Shown piece after piece: positions 36,885 to 46,795 of a stretch of 64,000 nucleotides of DNA (its first letter is position 1; each line of letters opens with the position of its first letter). This stretch comes from Bacteroidota bacterium (GTDB lineage: Bacteria > Bacteroidota > Bacteroidia > UKL13-3), in assembly GCA_046309355.1 (NCBI GenBank), contig JBKCPL010000057.1:14668-78667 (forward strand). Direction: 5' to 3'. Under the pieces are notes generated by a model that was not told the DNA's origin, did not search any database, and saw only the letters and a list, made by a program, of their open reading frames with translations. The position numbers were made by a program, and so were the translations under genes.

Positions 36885-39415
36885 TGCGAAAGACGCTTTT
36901 AGCCATATCATTTTTCTTTTTAGTATCGTTGGCTGTTGCACAACAGGAAACGGTAGTTACCGGTCGCATTCTCGAAAAAGGCAAACCCGAACCCTTGCCT
37001 TTTGTTTCGGTTCAGTTTAAAGGAGCCAAAACCGGTACAACTAGTAACTTTGACGGCTATTTTACCCTGCGTACACAGGCATCGGTAGATTCACTGCTTG
37101 TGAGCTATATCGGCTATAAAACCAAACGCATAAAAATACAGCGCGGTAAAGTTCAAAAGCTCACCATTGAACTGGAAACCGATGCGCATGAGTTTAAGGA
37201 AGTGGTTATAAAACCGGGAGTTAATCCGGCCTTGCGCATCATTCGCAATGCCCAACGCAACCGCGAGAAATATGACCAGTCGCAACTCACCAGTTTTGAG
37301 TACGACTGTTACAGCAAGGTAGATGTATCTATGAACAACGTGTCGGAAGAGATGAAAAACAATCCGGTATTCAGGCCTCTGCGTACATTGTTCGATACTG
37401 TGAATCAGATGAAAAATGAAGACGGTAAGTATATACTTCCTTTAGTAGTTACCGAAGTGCACTCACGCTATTATGCACACAACAATCCCGATCAAAACAA
37501 GGAAGTTATTATAGCCAGCAATCAGAAAGGATTTGGAATTAATCAGGGCAGCTACGTAGCCGATTTGTTGGGAGCAAGCACACTTCAGTTCAACTTCAAC
37601 CAAAACTGGATTCGCATTTTGGGCAAAGATTTTATTTCGCCCATAGCTACCGGAGGCAACACGTATTACATTTATACACTTGTTGATTCGATGGATATAG
37701 ATGGCATGAAGTGCTACAAAATAAAACTGAACCTCAGGCGCGAAGAAGATTTAGGCTTTTTAGGCACTATCTGGATTACCGATTCAACTTTTGCACTCAA
37801 ACAACTTCAACTGGAAATTTCACCATCGGCCAATATCAATTTTATTGACCGTTTAAAAATTCAACAGGAAATGCTGCCAACAGATGCAGGTCCGTGGTTG
37901 CCTTCCAAAACACGGATGATTTTTGATGTGGCACAACTGACCAAAAACAGCAGTGGCTTTATTGCAAAAATGTATAGGGCGAATGAAAATATTAAGGTGA
38001 ATAAGCCGAAGCCGCCCTCATTTTTTGATATAACGATTGATAAAGAAGATCAGCTGACCGAAGCCGGTGAAGCTTATTGGGATACGGTTCGCACCGAACC
38101 CTTCAGCAATGTAGAGAAGCAAATGATAACCATGATTGATTCAGTACAGAACTTACCTGTAGTAAAAACATACATTGATATTGTTCGCATTATCACCGAA
38201 GGATTTTACCGCAAAGGGAAAATAGACTATGGCCCCTACGTTTTTTTTATCGGTTACAACGAAGTAGAGCGGCTGCGTATTCGTGTAGGCTTTCGTACCA
38301 ATTTCTTTTTCTCGAAAAGGTGGACCTATCAGGGTTATCTGGCCTATGGAACCAACGATGGCCGCTTCAAGTACGGTGTAGGAGCTGAGTACCTCGTATC
38401 GCGCAGAAAGTGGACCAGCCTGAGTTTTTTTCATAAAGACGACTACGATATTTTGGGCATCACCGATTTAAATAACAATCAGTTGCAACGCAACAATGCC
38501 GCATCCAATGTGTTTGCCGCCATTAACCTGGGTGCGCGCATGGCACGCATCAACCGAAGCATTGATTACCGCATCAATTTTATGAGTCAGTTGTCGCGCG
38601 ACTGGTCATACCGCATTGGCTTCAACCGTTCTTTCTTTCAGCCTTTGGGCGGTTTTGTATTTGCCTACTTAAAAAATCCTGAATTGCCCGAAACACCCGA
38701 TAACCTGGCTGAAAACTTTACTACAACATCGGTCATTGGCGAATTGCGCTGGGCATACAAAGAAAATATGGTGGTGCGGAACAACAGGCGTATCAGGCTG
38801 GCCCGCTCGCGCTGGCCCGAGTTTACCTTTACATATATTCAGGGAATAAAAGGATTGCTGGGAGGCGAGTTTGATTACCGCAAAACACAGATCAACATTA
38901 CACACCACGTGACAACAGGAGTTTTAGGCAATGCCGATTACAGCATTACGGCAGGCAAAATTTTCGGGCAGTTGCCTTATCCGTTGCTTCAAGTGCCCAG
39001 GGGCAATCCCATTTTCTTTTACAACGATGTCAATTTCAGTTTGATGAATCTGTATGAGTTTGTAGCCGATGAATACACCGAATTTATTTACGTGCAGCAT
39101 TTTGAAGGACTGTTTACCAACCGTATTCCGGTCATCAATAAATGGAAGCTGCGCAATTTTGCAGTAATTAAAGCAGCTTACGGACACCTCACCGATGCAG
39201 ACAAGGCATTGCTTCCCGAATCGAACGTGAATAGGAGCGGACGCACACTTTCACCCGTGAATGAATTTAAAAACGAACCTTACTTGGAGATAGGATACGG
39301 ATTCGAAAACATACTTCGCCTGTTTTCGCTAAGCTCTATTCACCGGCTTACATACCTGAACAATGAGAATGTGCGCAGGTGGGGTATAAATGTAGGATTG
39401 AAGGTAGATTTTTAA
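36884..39415 (+). CDS. carboxypeptidase-regulatory-like domain + DUF5686 outer-membrane protein
   Basis: N-terminal VTGRILEKGKPEPLPFVSVQFKG...SNFDGYFTL (CarbopepD_reg_2-like); long beta-rich body ending in F. Confidence 0.55.
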   Translation: MRKTLLAISFFFLVSLAVAQQETVVTGRILEKGKPEPLPFVSVQFKGAKTGTTSNFDGYFTLRTQASVDSLLVSYIGYKTKRIKIQRGKVQKLTIELETDAHEFKEVVIKPGVNPALRIIRNAQRNREKYDQSQLTSFEYDCYSKVDVSMNNVSEEMKNNPVFRPLRTLFDTVNQMKNEDGKYILPLVVTEVHSRYYAHNNPDQNKEVIIASNQKGFGINQGSYVADLLGASTLQFNFNQNWIRILGKDFISPIATGGNTYYIYTLVDSMDIDGMKCYKIKLNLRREEDLGFLGTIWITDSTFALKQLQLEISPSANINFIDRLKIQQEMLPTDAGPWLPSKTRMIFDVAQLTKNSSGFIAKMYRANENIKVNKPKPPSFFDITIDKEDQLTEAGEAYWDTVRTEPFSNVEKQMITMIDSVQNLPVVKTYIDIVRIITEGFYRKGKIDYGPYVFFIGYNEVERLRIRVGFRTNFFFSKRWTYQGYLAYGTNDGRFKYGVGAEYLVSRRKWTSLSFFHKDDYDILGITDLNNNQLQRNNAASNVFAAINLGARMARINRSIDYRINFMSQLSRDWSYRIGFNRSFFQPLGGFVFAYLKNPELPETPDNLAENFTTTSVIGELRWAYKENMVVRNNRRIRLARSRWPEFTFTYIQGIKGLLGGEFDYRKTQINITHHVTTGVLGNADYSITAGKIFGQLPYPLLQVPRGNPIFFYNDVNFSLMNLYEFVADEYTEFIYVQHFEGLFTNRIPVINKWKLRNFAVIKAAYGHLTDADKALLPESNVNRSGRTLSPVNEFKNEPYLEIGYGFENILRLFSLSSIHRLTYLNNENVRRWGINVGLKVDF

Positions 39416-39457
39416 TTTGTTGATACAGTCGCTAAACAGATAACTGAAAACCACTCA

Positions 39458-40165
39458 TCAGAAATTCGGACTGATAGACATCTCGGCATAGTAATCGAGA
39501 ATATAATTTACAGCATCTTCAGCTGTATCTACCAGTTTAAATAAATCGAGGTCTTCGGGGTTAATGTTTTTCTCTTGCTCCAGCATGGTTTTTTTCAGCC
39601 AATCAATCATCCCGCTCCAGAATTCGGTGCCTACCAGCACCACCGGAAAACGGGCTACTTTGTGGGTTTGAATAAGGGTAAGTGCCTCAAACAATTCGTC
39701 CATAGTACCAAAGCCACCCGGCATCGCAATAAATCCCTGCGCATATTTCACAAACATGACCTTACGCACAAAAAAGTAATCGAAGTTGATGATTTTATCT
39801 TTATCAATATACACGTTGTTGAATTGCTCGAAAGGCAACTCAATATTCAGTCCTACCGATTTGCCACCGGCTTCAAAAGCCCCTTTGTTTCCAGCTTCCA
39901 TAATACCCGGGCCTCCACCGGTAATTACACCAAAACCTGCTTCTACCAGTTTGCGGGCAATTTCTTCGGCCAATAAGTAATAGCGTGTTCCGGGCTTGGT
40001 ACGTGCCGAGCCAAAAATAGACACACACGGACCTATTTTGCTCATTTTCTCAAACCCATCTACAAACTCGGCCATTATTTTAAACGTAGCCCAGCTATCG
40101 GAAACCCGTATTTCGGGCCAGTTTTTTTTCTCAAATGCCTTTTTAATTCTCTCTTCGTTCGTCAT
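39458..40165 (-). CDS. LOG-family protein (cytokinin riboside 5'-monophosphate phosphoribohydrolase-like, TIGR00730)
   Basis: PGGxGTxxE motif (MPGGFGTMDELFE) and GGGxGxMEA (TGGGPGIMEA). Confidence 0.8.
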   Translation of the reverse strand: MTNEERIKKAFEKKNWPEIRVSDSWATFKIMAEFVDGFEKMSKIGPCVSIFGSARTKPGTRYYLLAEEIARKLVEAGFGVITGGGPGIMEAGNKGAFEAGGKSVGLNIELPFEQFNNVYIDKDKIINFDYFFVRKVMFVKYAQGFIAMPGGFGTMDELFEALTLIQTHKVARFPVVLVGTEFWSGMIDWLKKTMLEQEKNINPEDLDLFKLVDTAEDAVNYILDYYAEMSISPNF

Positions 40166-40178
40166 GTATCTACACCGA

Positions 40179-40631
40179 TTATCCCAATAGTTGTTTTAAT
40201 AAAGCCGATATGATTTTGCCATCTGCTTTGCCTGCAAAATGCTTCATGGCCAGCGGCATTACTTTGCCAAAATCGGCAGCTGAAGTGGCACCGGCCTGGC
40301 TGATTACCTGCTGCAGCTCAGCTTTAATTTCGTCTTCGCTCATTTGCTTAGGCAGGTAACGTTCTATGACGTCTATTTCTTCCTTTTCTTTTTCAGCCAG
40401 TTCGTTTCGGCCATTCTGTAAAAAAATATCCATCGACTCTTTGCGCTGCTTGGCCAGTTTCTGAAACAGTTTGATGGCTTGCTCATCGGGCACGGTATTG
40501 CCGGTGGCGCCTTCGGCTGTAGCTGCCAGTAATAGGGCTGATTTAAGCGCACGAAGGGCACGCAGACTCACTTCATCTTTGGCCTTCATGGCCGTCATAA
40601 TATCGGTGTTGATTTGTTGTTGTAATGACAT
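40179..40631 (-). CDS. GatB/YqeY domain protein
   Basis: Family-typical N-terminus (INTDIMTAMKAKDEVSLRALRALKSAL) and size. Confidence 0.75.
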   Translation of the reverse strand: MSLQQQINTDIMTAMKAKDEVSLRALRALKSALLLAATAEGATGNTVPDEQAIKLFQKLAKQRKESMDIFLQNGRNELAEKEKEEIDVIERYLPKQMSEDEIKAELQQVISQAGATSAADFGKVMPLAMKHFAGKADGKIISALLKQLLG

Positions 40632-40642
40632 GGTTTGTATCC

Positions 40643-41434
40643 TTATTTTTTCTTCGGAATAAATTTAGCGGATTTGTTCAGGAAGAAGCTGAAGGTATCG
40701 CTGCGCAGTCCAAGCCTCAATGTTTCCAGCGGTATTACATCATTGGGTGCAATATTTCCCAAACTCACATTCGCACCTACCAATTTTATAAAATAGGTTT
40801 GCTGTGCTTTTTGAGGTGCTTCCCAAATGATTTTTTCTTCCGGTATTTTAGTTAAAATTTCCTGCACCAGTCCTTCACGTACTTCGCCACTGCTACGGTA
40901 AACTCCTACATTTCCGGCTTCGCGGGCTTCGGCTATTACTTTCCATGCACCTGCTTTCAATTCTGCTTTCATCAGCTCAATCCACTGGTAGGGCGGAATA
41001 ATTTTTTCTACATCCTTGCTGCCCACTTCGCTCAGCACCGTAACATGCTTGCTCAGCTTGCTGATGTATTCCAATTTTATACCGTGAGGCATTTCAATTG
41101 ACCCGTCCGATATCTCGGCATGGGTTAAATTAAACCGCTCGAGCATGCGCAGGTAATCGTCATACTGATTTCGGACAATAAACGCCTCGAACAGTGTGCC
41201 TCCGAAATAAACACGAATGCCGGCATCGTGATACAATTTAATTTTTTCATCCAGATTTGGAGTAACGTAAGCCGTTCCGAAACCCAGCTTAACCAAATCG
41301 ACATGCGGGCTGCATACCGACAGAAAGTTTTCTACTTCATGAATGCCGAGGCCTTTGTCCATCACCATCGTCAATCCCTTTACCCGGGGCCTGATGGTGC
41401 GTTCGGGAATTTGTTTGAGTTTAAAATTTTTCAT
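40643..41434 (-). CDS. phosphosulfolactate synthase (ComA) family protein
   Basis: Full-length similarity to (2R)-phospho-3-sulfolactate synthase family (TIM barrel, ~260 aa). Confidence 0.6.
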   Translation of the reverse strand: MKNFKLKQIPERTIRPRVKGLTMVMDKGLGIHEVENFLSVCSPHVDLVKLGFGTAYVTPNLDEKIKLYHDAGIRVYFGGTLFEAFIVRNQYDDYLRMLERFNLTHAEISDGSIEMPHGIKLEYISKLSKHVTVLSEVGSKDVEKIIPPYQWIELMKAELKAGAWKVIAEAREAGNVGVYRSSGEVREGLVQEILTKIPEEKIIWEAPQKAQQTYFIKLVGANVSLGNIAPNDVIPLETLRLGLRSDTFSFFLNKSAKFIPKKK

Positions 41435-42837
41435 TGGTACGAGTTCCTGAAAGCATCGATGAGTTGAGTTATTTCATCGGCCTGCAATATAGAAGGAGCC
41501 CATTCATAAATCAAAAAGTGCTCGTTAAAATTAAGCAATAATGCTGTTTCGAGGTATTCTTTGGCCTGTGCGGTTTTGCCGGTCAGGTACAAATAGGTAA
41601 ACAACCTGTAGTAATATTGATGGCAATCGGGGTTGTGGGTAACAGCTTCATACAGCAATTCTATGGCTGCTTCTTCTTTTCCGTTATGAAACTCAACAAA
41701 CGACCAATCCAGCCAGGCTTCCATGTCTTCAGGCTCTAGTTCCGTTACTTTTCTGTACAGTTCTTCGGCTTCGGTTATATTGCCCAGTCGGTACTCGGCT
41801 TCGGCCAGCTGCATCAGGTATTCTGTATTTACGGCATCCAGTATGGTGGCACGTTTGTAGTAACTAACAGCTTCTTTAATTGAGCCGTCTTTTTCCAGCG
41901 TAAGCCCTATGCCAAACCACGCTTCAGCAATATTCGGATTTACCTGTGTGGCTTTCCGGTAATATTCTCGCGCTTCGGTGGTGCGGTTCATACGCTCCAG
42001 GCATCCGGCCATATTGCAAAAAGTAATAGAGTCGGGGCCGTCTTTTTCAATCACCGTGCGGTATTCTTCCAGTGCTTCTTCGTACCGGTGAAGTTCAACC
42101 AATTCATTGGCACGGTGAAAACGAGCTAGTATGTATTCGTCATCAATAGCCAGGCAGTAATCGAACGATTCGATGGCGCTATTAAAATCGAGTATTTTGG
42201 AATAGATAATGCCCTTGCTGTACCATGCATTGGCATTGTACGGGTCGTTGTCCAGCATATCTTCGTAAATGCGTATACATTCATCATACCTGCCCAGCAA
42301 ATCATAGCAATTGGCTAGTTCGTAGCACGCCTGTTCGTTGCCGGGTGATTCGTCCAGTATCTGGTTAAAGTAGTCGACAGCCTTGCTGTACAAATCGCAG
42401 TCTTCGTATACATACGCAATTTCAAACAGCATGTCTATTCGGTCATCGGCTTGCAGCAGGGCGCGTGTAAAACTCTCTTCGGCTTCATCAAATTGTTCGC
42501 TGTTCAAAAAAAGTTCACCTTTCAGCAGGTGCAGTTCAGGGTTGTAGGGTTCATATAATTCAACACGTTCTACTACTTGTATGGCATCATCGTATTTGCC
42601 CATCAGCCCGAATACTTCTGCTTTCAGCAGCAAAAAATCAGTGTATCCCGGATACAACCCTTCGGCATAGTAAATTACTTCCAGCGCTTTTTTCAGTTTA
42701 TCTTTCAGAATGTAGTAATCGGCAATCTGCTCAAGGGTTTCGGCTTCAAAATATTCGGTGGATTTATTACGTAGCATTTTCTCATACCGCTGCACATCTG
42801 GCATCACACTCTCGTCTAAAAAATCATCAGCATCCAT
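41431..42837 (-). CDS. tetratricopeptide repeat protein
   Basis: Multiple 34-aa TPR units (W-LG-Y / A--YY-A motifs); 4-nt overlap with comA-like gene. Confidence 0.7.
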   Translation of the reverse strand: MDADDFLDESVMPDVQRYEKMLRNKSTEYFEAETLEQIADYYILKDKLKKALEVIYYAEGLYPGYTDFLLLKAEVFGLMGKYDDAIQVVERVELYEPYNPELHLLKGELFLNSEQFDEAEESFTRALLQADDRIDMLFEIAYVYEDCDLYSKAVDYFNQILDESPGNEQACYELANCYDLLGRYDECIRIYEDMLDNDPYNANAWYSKGIIYSKILDFNSAIESFDYCLAIDDEYILARFHRANELVELHRYEEALEEYRTVIEKDGPDSITFCNMAGCLERMNRTTEAREYYRKATQVNPNIAEAWFGIGLTLEKDGSIKEAVSYYKRATILDAVNTEYLMQLAEAEYRLGNITEAEELYRKVTELEPEDMEAWLDWSFVEFHNGKEEAAIELLYEAVTHNPDCHQYYYRLFTYLYLTGKTAQAKEYLETALLLNFNEHFLIYEWAPSILQADEITQLIDAFRNSYQ

Positions 42838-43006
42838 AAGCGTAAATTTAAGTTCTAACGAATTTTATGATTTTTCGTTATACCGGGTTTAAAAAGCAAT
42901 GCACAAGTGTGCAAAACCTTTTATACCGCAAATGTAGTTGAAAATAGCAAGATACGCATATACTGAACGGAGTTGATGCAATCTCCTACACACAAAGTGC
43001 AGGCTA

Positions 43007-44098
43007 TTAGTTTACGCATATTTTACGGTATGCGGCTTCACCAAATCCCTTTACGTAAACAATGTAAACACCCGGTTGCCATTCTTCTGTTGATATGGGT
43101 ATATGATTGTGCCCCTTTAAAGTATACTCCCTAATACGTTCACCCCGCAAGGTATATACAATCAGTTCGTAGTTATCTGATTCCACACTGTTCAGTATCC
43201 GTAACGTTCCGTTTGTCCACGAAATGACAGGTGCAGCGGTGCGGTCGGCTGCCTGTATGCTAAGCAAGGGTGTATAGTCGTGTGTGCCATCAAAGTCAAC
43301 TTGCTTTATACGGTAATACACGTGTTCGTCTCCTGCATCATTATCTGTATACGTGTAATACTGTATACCTTTTGACTGACCTTTACCGCTTATAAAGGAT
43401 ACGGTCATCCAGGTGAGTGCATCGGAGCTTTTTTCGATGTAAAATCCACGGTTGTTGTATTCCGATGCAGTTGACCACGATACTTCTGCCGCTTGGCGGT
43501 TTATACGCTGCGCGCTGTGTGTGAGCCAGGTAACAGGCAATACATTGGCCGAAAAAGTTTTGGCATACACCACATCACCACTCGATGAACTGTTGTTGTC
43601 TGTTGAATTGACTACGGCATAAAAAGTTACACTTCCCGAAAAAGCTGTTGGCGTTGTCCAGCTGAAGGTCCATGTTTTGGTATTGCCTGTGGCTGTGGTG
43701 CCCGAGGCTGTTGTATTTACATAATTGCGTGAACCCGCAGTTTGTGTTTGAACCGATGTGTTGGGAGCACTGAAGCTTCCCACACTAGCCGATGAACTGG
43801 TGGCACCACCGGGCAAAGCCAGTACCTGAAATCCGTATTTATCGCTGTTAGGATCGGCAAATGTCAGATTCATTGTGTACGTAGTGTTGGGCAAAAACGA
43901 GCCCAGCGGAACACTGGATGTAAGTGTCATGCTGTTCCATATGCTACCGCTGGTTTGTAATGATGTGCCGCCATGGCAGCCAGTACAGTTGCTTTCACCG
44001 GGTGCGTTGGTGCGTGAGGCCGGTGGAGCATTTTCGTAGGTGAGTGCATGCAGTGTACACAGCAGGCAAAACGCACTTAATATAAGTATCTTTTTCAT
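43007..44098 (-). CDS. secreted T9SS cargo protein (type-A C-terminal sorting domain) with single CxxCH motif near N-terminus and Ser/Thr-rich middle
   Basis: Signal peptide; NCTGCHGG at residues ~38-45; C-terminus TLRILNSV...YELIVYTLRGERI...GVYIVYVKG...KICVN. Confidence 0.55.
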   Translation of the reverse strand: MKKILILSAFCLLCTLHALTYENAPPASRTNAPGESNCTGCHGGTSLQTSGSIWNSMTLTSSVPLGSFLPNTTYTMNLTFADPNSDKYGFQVLALPGGATSSSASVGSFSAPNTSVQTQTAGSRNYVNTTASGTTATGNTKTWTFSWTTPTAFSGSVTFYAVVNSTDNNSSSSGDVVYAKTFSANVLPVTWLTHSAQRINRQAAEVSWSTASEYNNRGFYIEKSSDALTWMTVSFISGKGQSKGIQYYTYTDNDAGDEHVYYRIKQVDFDGTHDYTPLLSIQAADRTAAPVISWTNGTLRILNSVESDNYELIVYTLRGERIREYTLKGHNHIPISTEEWQPGVYIVYVKGFGEAAYRKICVN

Positions 44099-44150
44099 GG
44101 GCAGCGCTTTTGGATAAATACAAATGTATAGTCAATAAATTGTAAAAGTC

Positions 44151-44843
44151 CTAACTGAGTGAGTGGCGTTTTTGCAGCCACCACTCCATAACTGTAACCG
44201 GAATGAGCAAACACGTCAGTGCATAAACCGTATCTTCAAGCGGTATGGTATACAGGCGTATCCCCAGATTTTCGGAATCGTTGTACCACACCACGGGTTC
44301 AGTGGTTGCTGCACCAGTCAATATGCCATTCACTATAAAAAATGGAACCAGGTGCAGCAAGTATGCCATCCAGAAATAGCCCATCCATTCTTTTTTAAGA
44401 AAAAGATAATGAACCGTAAGCACCAACGATGCAATGACGCAATTGTAAAATGTATACGCTTTTTCCGAATTGAAAAGAGCCAGTGTAAAAGTGAAAACAG
44501 CAAACAGAAGTGTAAGATGATGTTTGATCTTTTCAAATGGTGCCCGATTCAGATAAGCCTTAAGGCAGGCGTAAATAAATACACTGGCGTAGGGTACTAC
44601 AAAAAAGAATAGCCACTCTTCAACAGGTAAATCATTGATACGGAAATCCCATACGTATTGGCTGTTAAAACCCCACACACGGGTGCGGGCAAACCAGCCA
44701 TCCCATAAAATAAAAAGTATTCCGTTAAGTGTAATTCCGGCAAATAAACCCGGCCAGCTTTTGTAAAAGGCCACTTTTTTATCGAAACTCAATGCGAATG
44801 GTCCGATGAAAGAAGCGAGCATGAGCCAGGAGTATAAAGACAT
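44151..44843 (-). CDS. crtY: lycopene cyclase domain protein (CrtYcd-type)
   Basis: Two-repeat membrane lycopene-cyclase-domain architecture; adjacent to crtZ. Confidence 0.6.
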   Translation of the reverse strand: MSLYSWLMLASFIGPFALSFDKKVAFYKSWPGLFAGITLNGILFILWDGWFARTRVWGFNSQYVWDFRINDLPVEEWLFFFVVPYASVFIYACLKAYLNRAPFEKIKHHLTLLFAVFTFTLALFNSEKAYTFYNCVIASLVLTVHYLFLKKEWMGYFWMAYLLHLVPFFIVNGILTGAATTEPVVWYNDSENLGIRLYTIPLEDTVYALTCLLIPVTVMEWWLQKRHSLS

Positions 44844-44851
44844 GCAAAGGT

Positions 44852-45304
44852 TTATTTAGAAGTCGTTGGATCTTTCCAGTATTTCAGTGGCACAATCAGC
44901 ATACCGAAGTTTTCGCCCAGCTCTTTGTTCAGGTGCTTGTGGTGCATTTTGTGTGCTCTGCGAATAGCACGTACGTAACGGCTGTTCCAGTGTGTCCATA
45001 TTTTAAATCGCTGATGGATGATAATATCGTGTACCAGAAAATAGCACAGGCCGTATACCGAAATGCCAATACCAATAAATAATCTGAAATCGGCATGCAT
45101 AATACCGGTTATGTAGCAATAGGCACTGGGAACAGCAAAAATGAGGAAGAAGGCATCGTTCTTTTCAAAAAAACCGGGTTCTACCTGATGGTGGTCTTTG
45201 TGCAGGTACCACAAAAAGCCGTGCATCACAAACTTGTGGGTAAACCACGCCATGAATTCCATGAAGAAAAAGGTGGCTATGACGATGAGAATATTGACTA
45301 GCAT
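44852..45304 (-). CDS. crtZ: beta-carotene hydroxylase (fatty-acid hydroxylase superfamily)
   Basis: His boxes HKDHH, HQRFK..H, HKMHHKH. Confidence 0.8.
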   Translation of the reverse strand: MLVNILIVIATFFFMEFMAWFTHKFVMHGFLWYLHKDHHQVEPGFFEKNDAFFLIFAVPSAYCYITGIMHADFRLFIGIGISVYGLCYFLVHDIIIHQRFKIWTHWNSRYVRAIRRAHKMHHKHLNKELGENFGMLIVPLKYWKDPTTSK

Positions 45305-45336
45305 ATGGTTAAAAAACGAATTTGCAGCATTAATGT

Positions 45337-45987
45337 TTACGAAAACATCAAAGTTAACACAATAAAAAATACCGCTTGTAAAATCAGTAGAACCGGTGCA
45401 AGCGGGTTGTACTCATCCAGCTTACATTTTACAAACAGGAAGTTGAACATGAACGAGAAGAAAAACCATGCAGTATAATTTTGCAGCGGCACGCCATCGT
45501 ATTTAAAGTGCCAGTACCAGAAATCGTATCGCGGAGCTACCTGCTCAATCCAATAATCAACACTCACCATCATAAGCGCAGCCACAACGCTTACGCCTAT
45601 ACCAAACATTTTTTTGTGCCGGTAGTCTGCCAGCAAACGGCTGCTTACCGAAGAGGTGCAGTAGCTGAGCAGTAGCCAGTTCAAGCCAATAATAACAGGC
45701 ACATCCAGCACTTTATAGCCCAAATTGAATCCATAAAAGTACGAGCCAAAAATCTTTCCCGTTCGGATGCCGGCATACTCCAGCCAAAAGCCACACAGAA
45801 GCACACACACTACATACGCCAGAAAATAAGGTGTAAATCCGCGGTGAAACCAAAACAGCACGCATGCGCTCACCAGCAGGTTCACGGGCGTAAGTTTCAT
45901 AACTGCATCATCGTAATACAGTGTGCCCAGCAATCCTACGGAGTAAATAATAATTAGAAATGCAGCAGCTGCATGATGCTTTTTCAT
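45337..45987 (-). CDS. carotenoid-biosynthesis-associated membrane protein
   Basis: Polytopic membrane protein immediately upstream of crtZ-crtY; start moved to internal Met (MKKHHAAAAF). Confidence 0.45.
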   Translation of the reverse strand: MKKHHAAAAFLIIIYSVGLLGTLYYDDAVMKLTPVNLLVSACVLFWFHRGFTPYFLAYVVCVLLCGFWLEYAGIRTGKIFGSYFYGFNLGYKVLDVPVIIGLNWLLLSYCTSSVSSRLLADYRHKKMFGIGVSVVAALMMVSVDYWIEQVAPRYDFWYWHFKYDGVPLQNYTAWFFFSFMFNFLFVKCKLDEYNPLAPVLLILQAVFFIVLTLMFS

Positions 45988-46163
45988 GGCAGCGAAGGTA
46001 AAAAAACCGCTCAACACCCGATACAAAATCATGCAGGAATGACCGATTGATGATGCGCAACAGGCAATTGCAAACATACCCTGCGTATGATTGTGCCCAG
46101 TTTATGTATGTGGATGTAACCTGCTTTAGTGTTTAATCGGTTTTGGCGTATTAGCTTTGCCGC

Positions 46164-46727
46164 ATGGAATTATCAATCAAAGACATCTCAACAATAGCAC
46201 TAACCCTGTTTGCCGTTATCGATATTTTAGGTGCATTGCCGGTTATTATCAATATCAGGCAACGCGATACGCATATCGATTCAGGTTGGGCTACCGTTGC
46301 TGCCGGTTTTTTGATGGTCATATTTTTAGTGGTGGGCGAAAGGCTGCTGGCTTTATTTGGCATTGATGTGGCATCGTTTGCCGTAGCGGGGGCAATTGTT
46401 ATTTTCATCATAGCACTCGAAATGGTATTGGGAATTGATATATTCAGGGCTGATCCGAATGATAAAGCAGGAAGCATTATACCAATTGCTTTTCCCATCA
46501 TTGCGGGCTCAGGTACACTCACTACCATTATTTCGTTGAAGGCTGTATACAGTTATGAAAATATCATGGCCGGCATTGTCGTCAATCTGCTTATTGTTTA
46601 TGTTGCACTGAAGTCGACCTCAAAAATTGAACGTCTTTTGGGTAAGGCCGGCTTATCATTGCTTCGCAAGTTTTTTGGAATAGTGCTGCTGGCTATTGCA
46701 GTTAAATTATTCAAAACCAATTTTTAG
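46164..46727 (+). CDS. MarC/NAAT-family integral membrane protein
   Basis: UPF0056 topology and N-terminal motif (LFAVIDILGALPV). Confidence 0.7.
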   Translation: MELSIKDISTIALTLFAVIDILGALPVIINIRQRDTHIDSGWATVAAGFLMVIFLVVGERLLALFGIDVASFAVAGAIVIFIIALEMVLGIDIFRADPNDKAGSIIPIAFPIIAGSGTLTTIISLKAVYSYENIMAGIVVNLLIVYVALKSTSKIERLLGKAGLSLLRKFFGIVLLAIAVKLFKTNF

Positions 46728-46795
46728 GCGCATAAGTATTGAATACTTCCCATTAGGAGCGAAATAGCTATATTGCGCGTTTTAGCTCATTATTC

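Noticed and set aside
43016-43041. Hairpin CGCATA-ttttacgg-TATGCG as a terminator
   Set aside because: It lies inside the 3' coding region of the minus-strand T9SS gene (43007..44098), not downstream of it.
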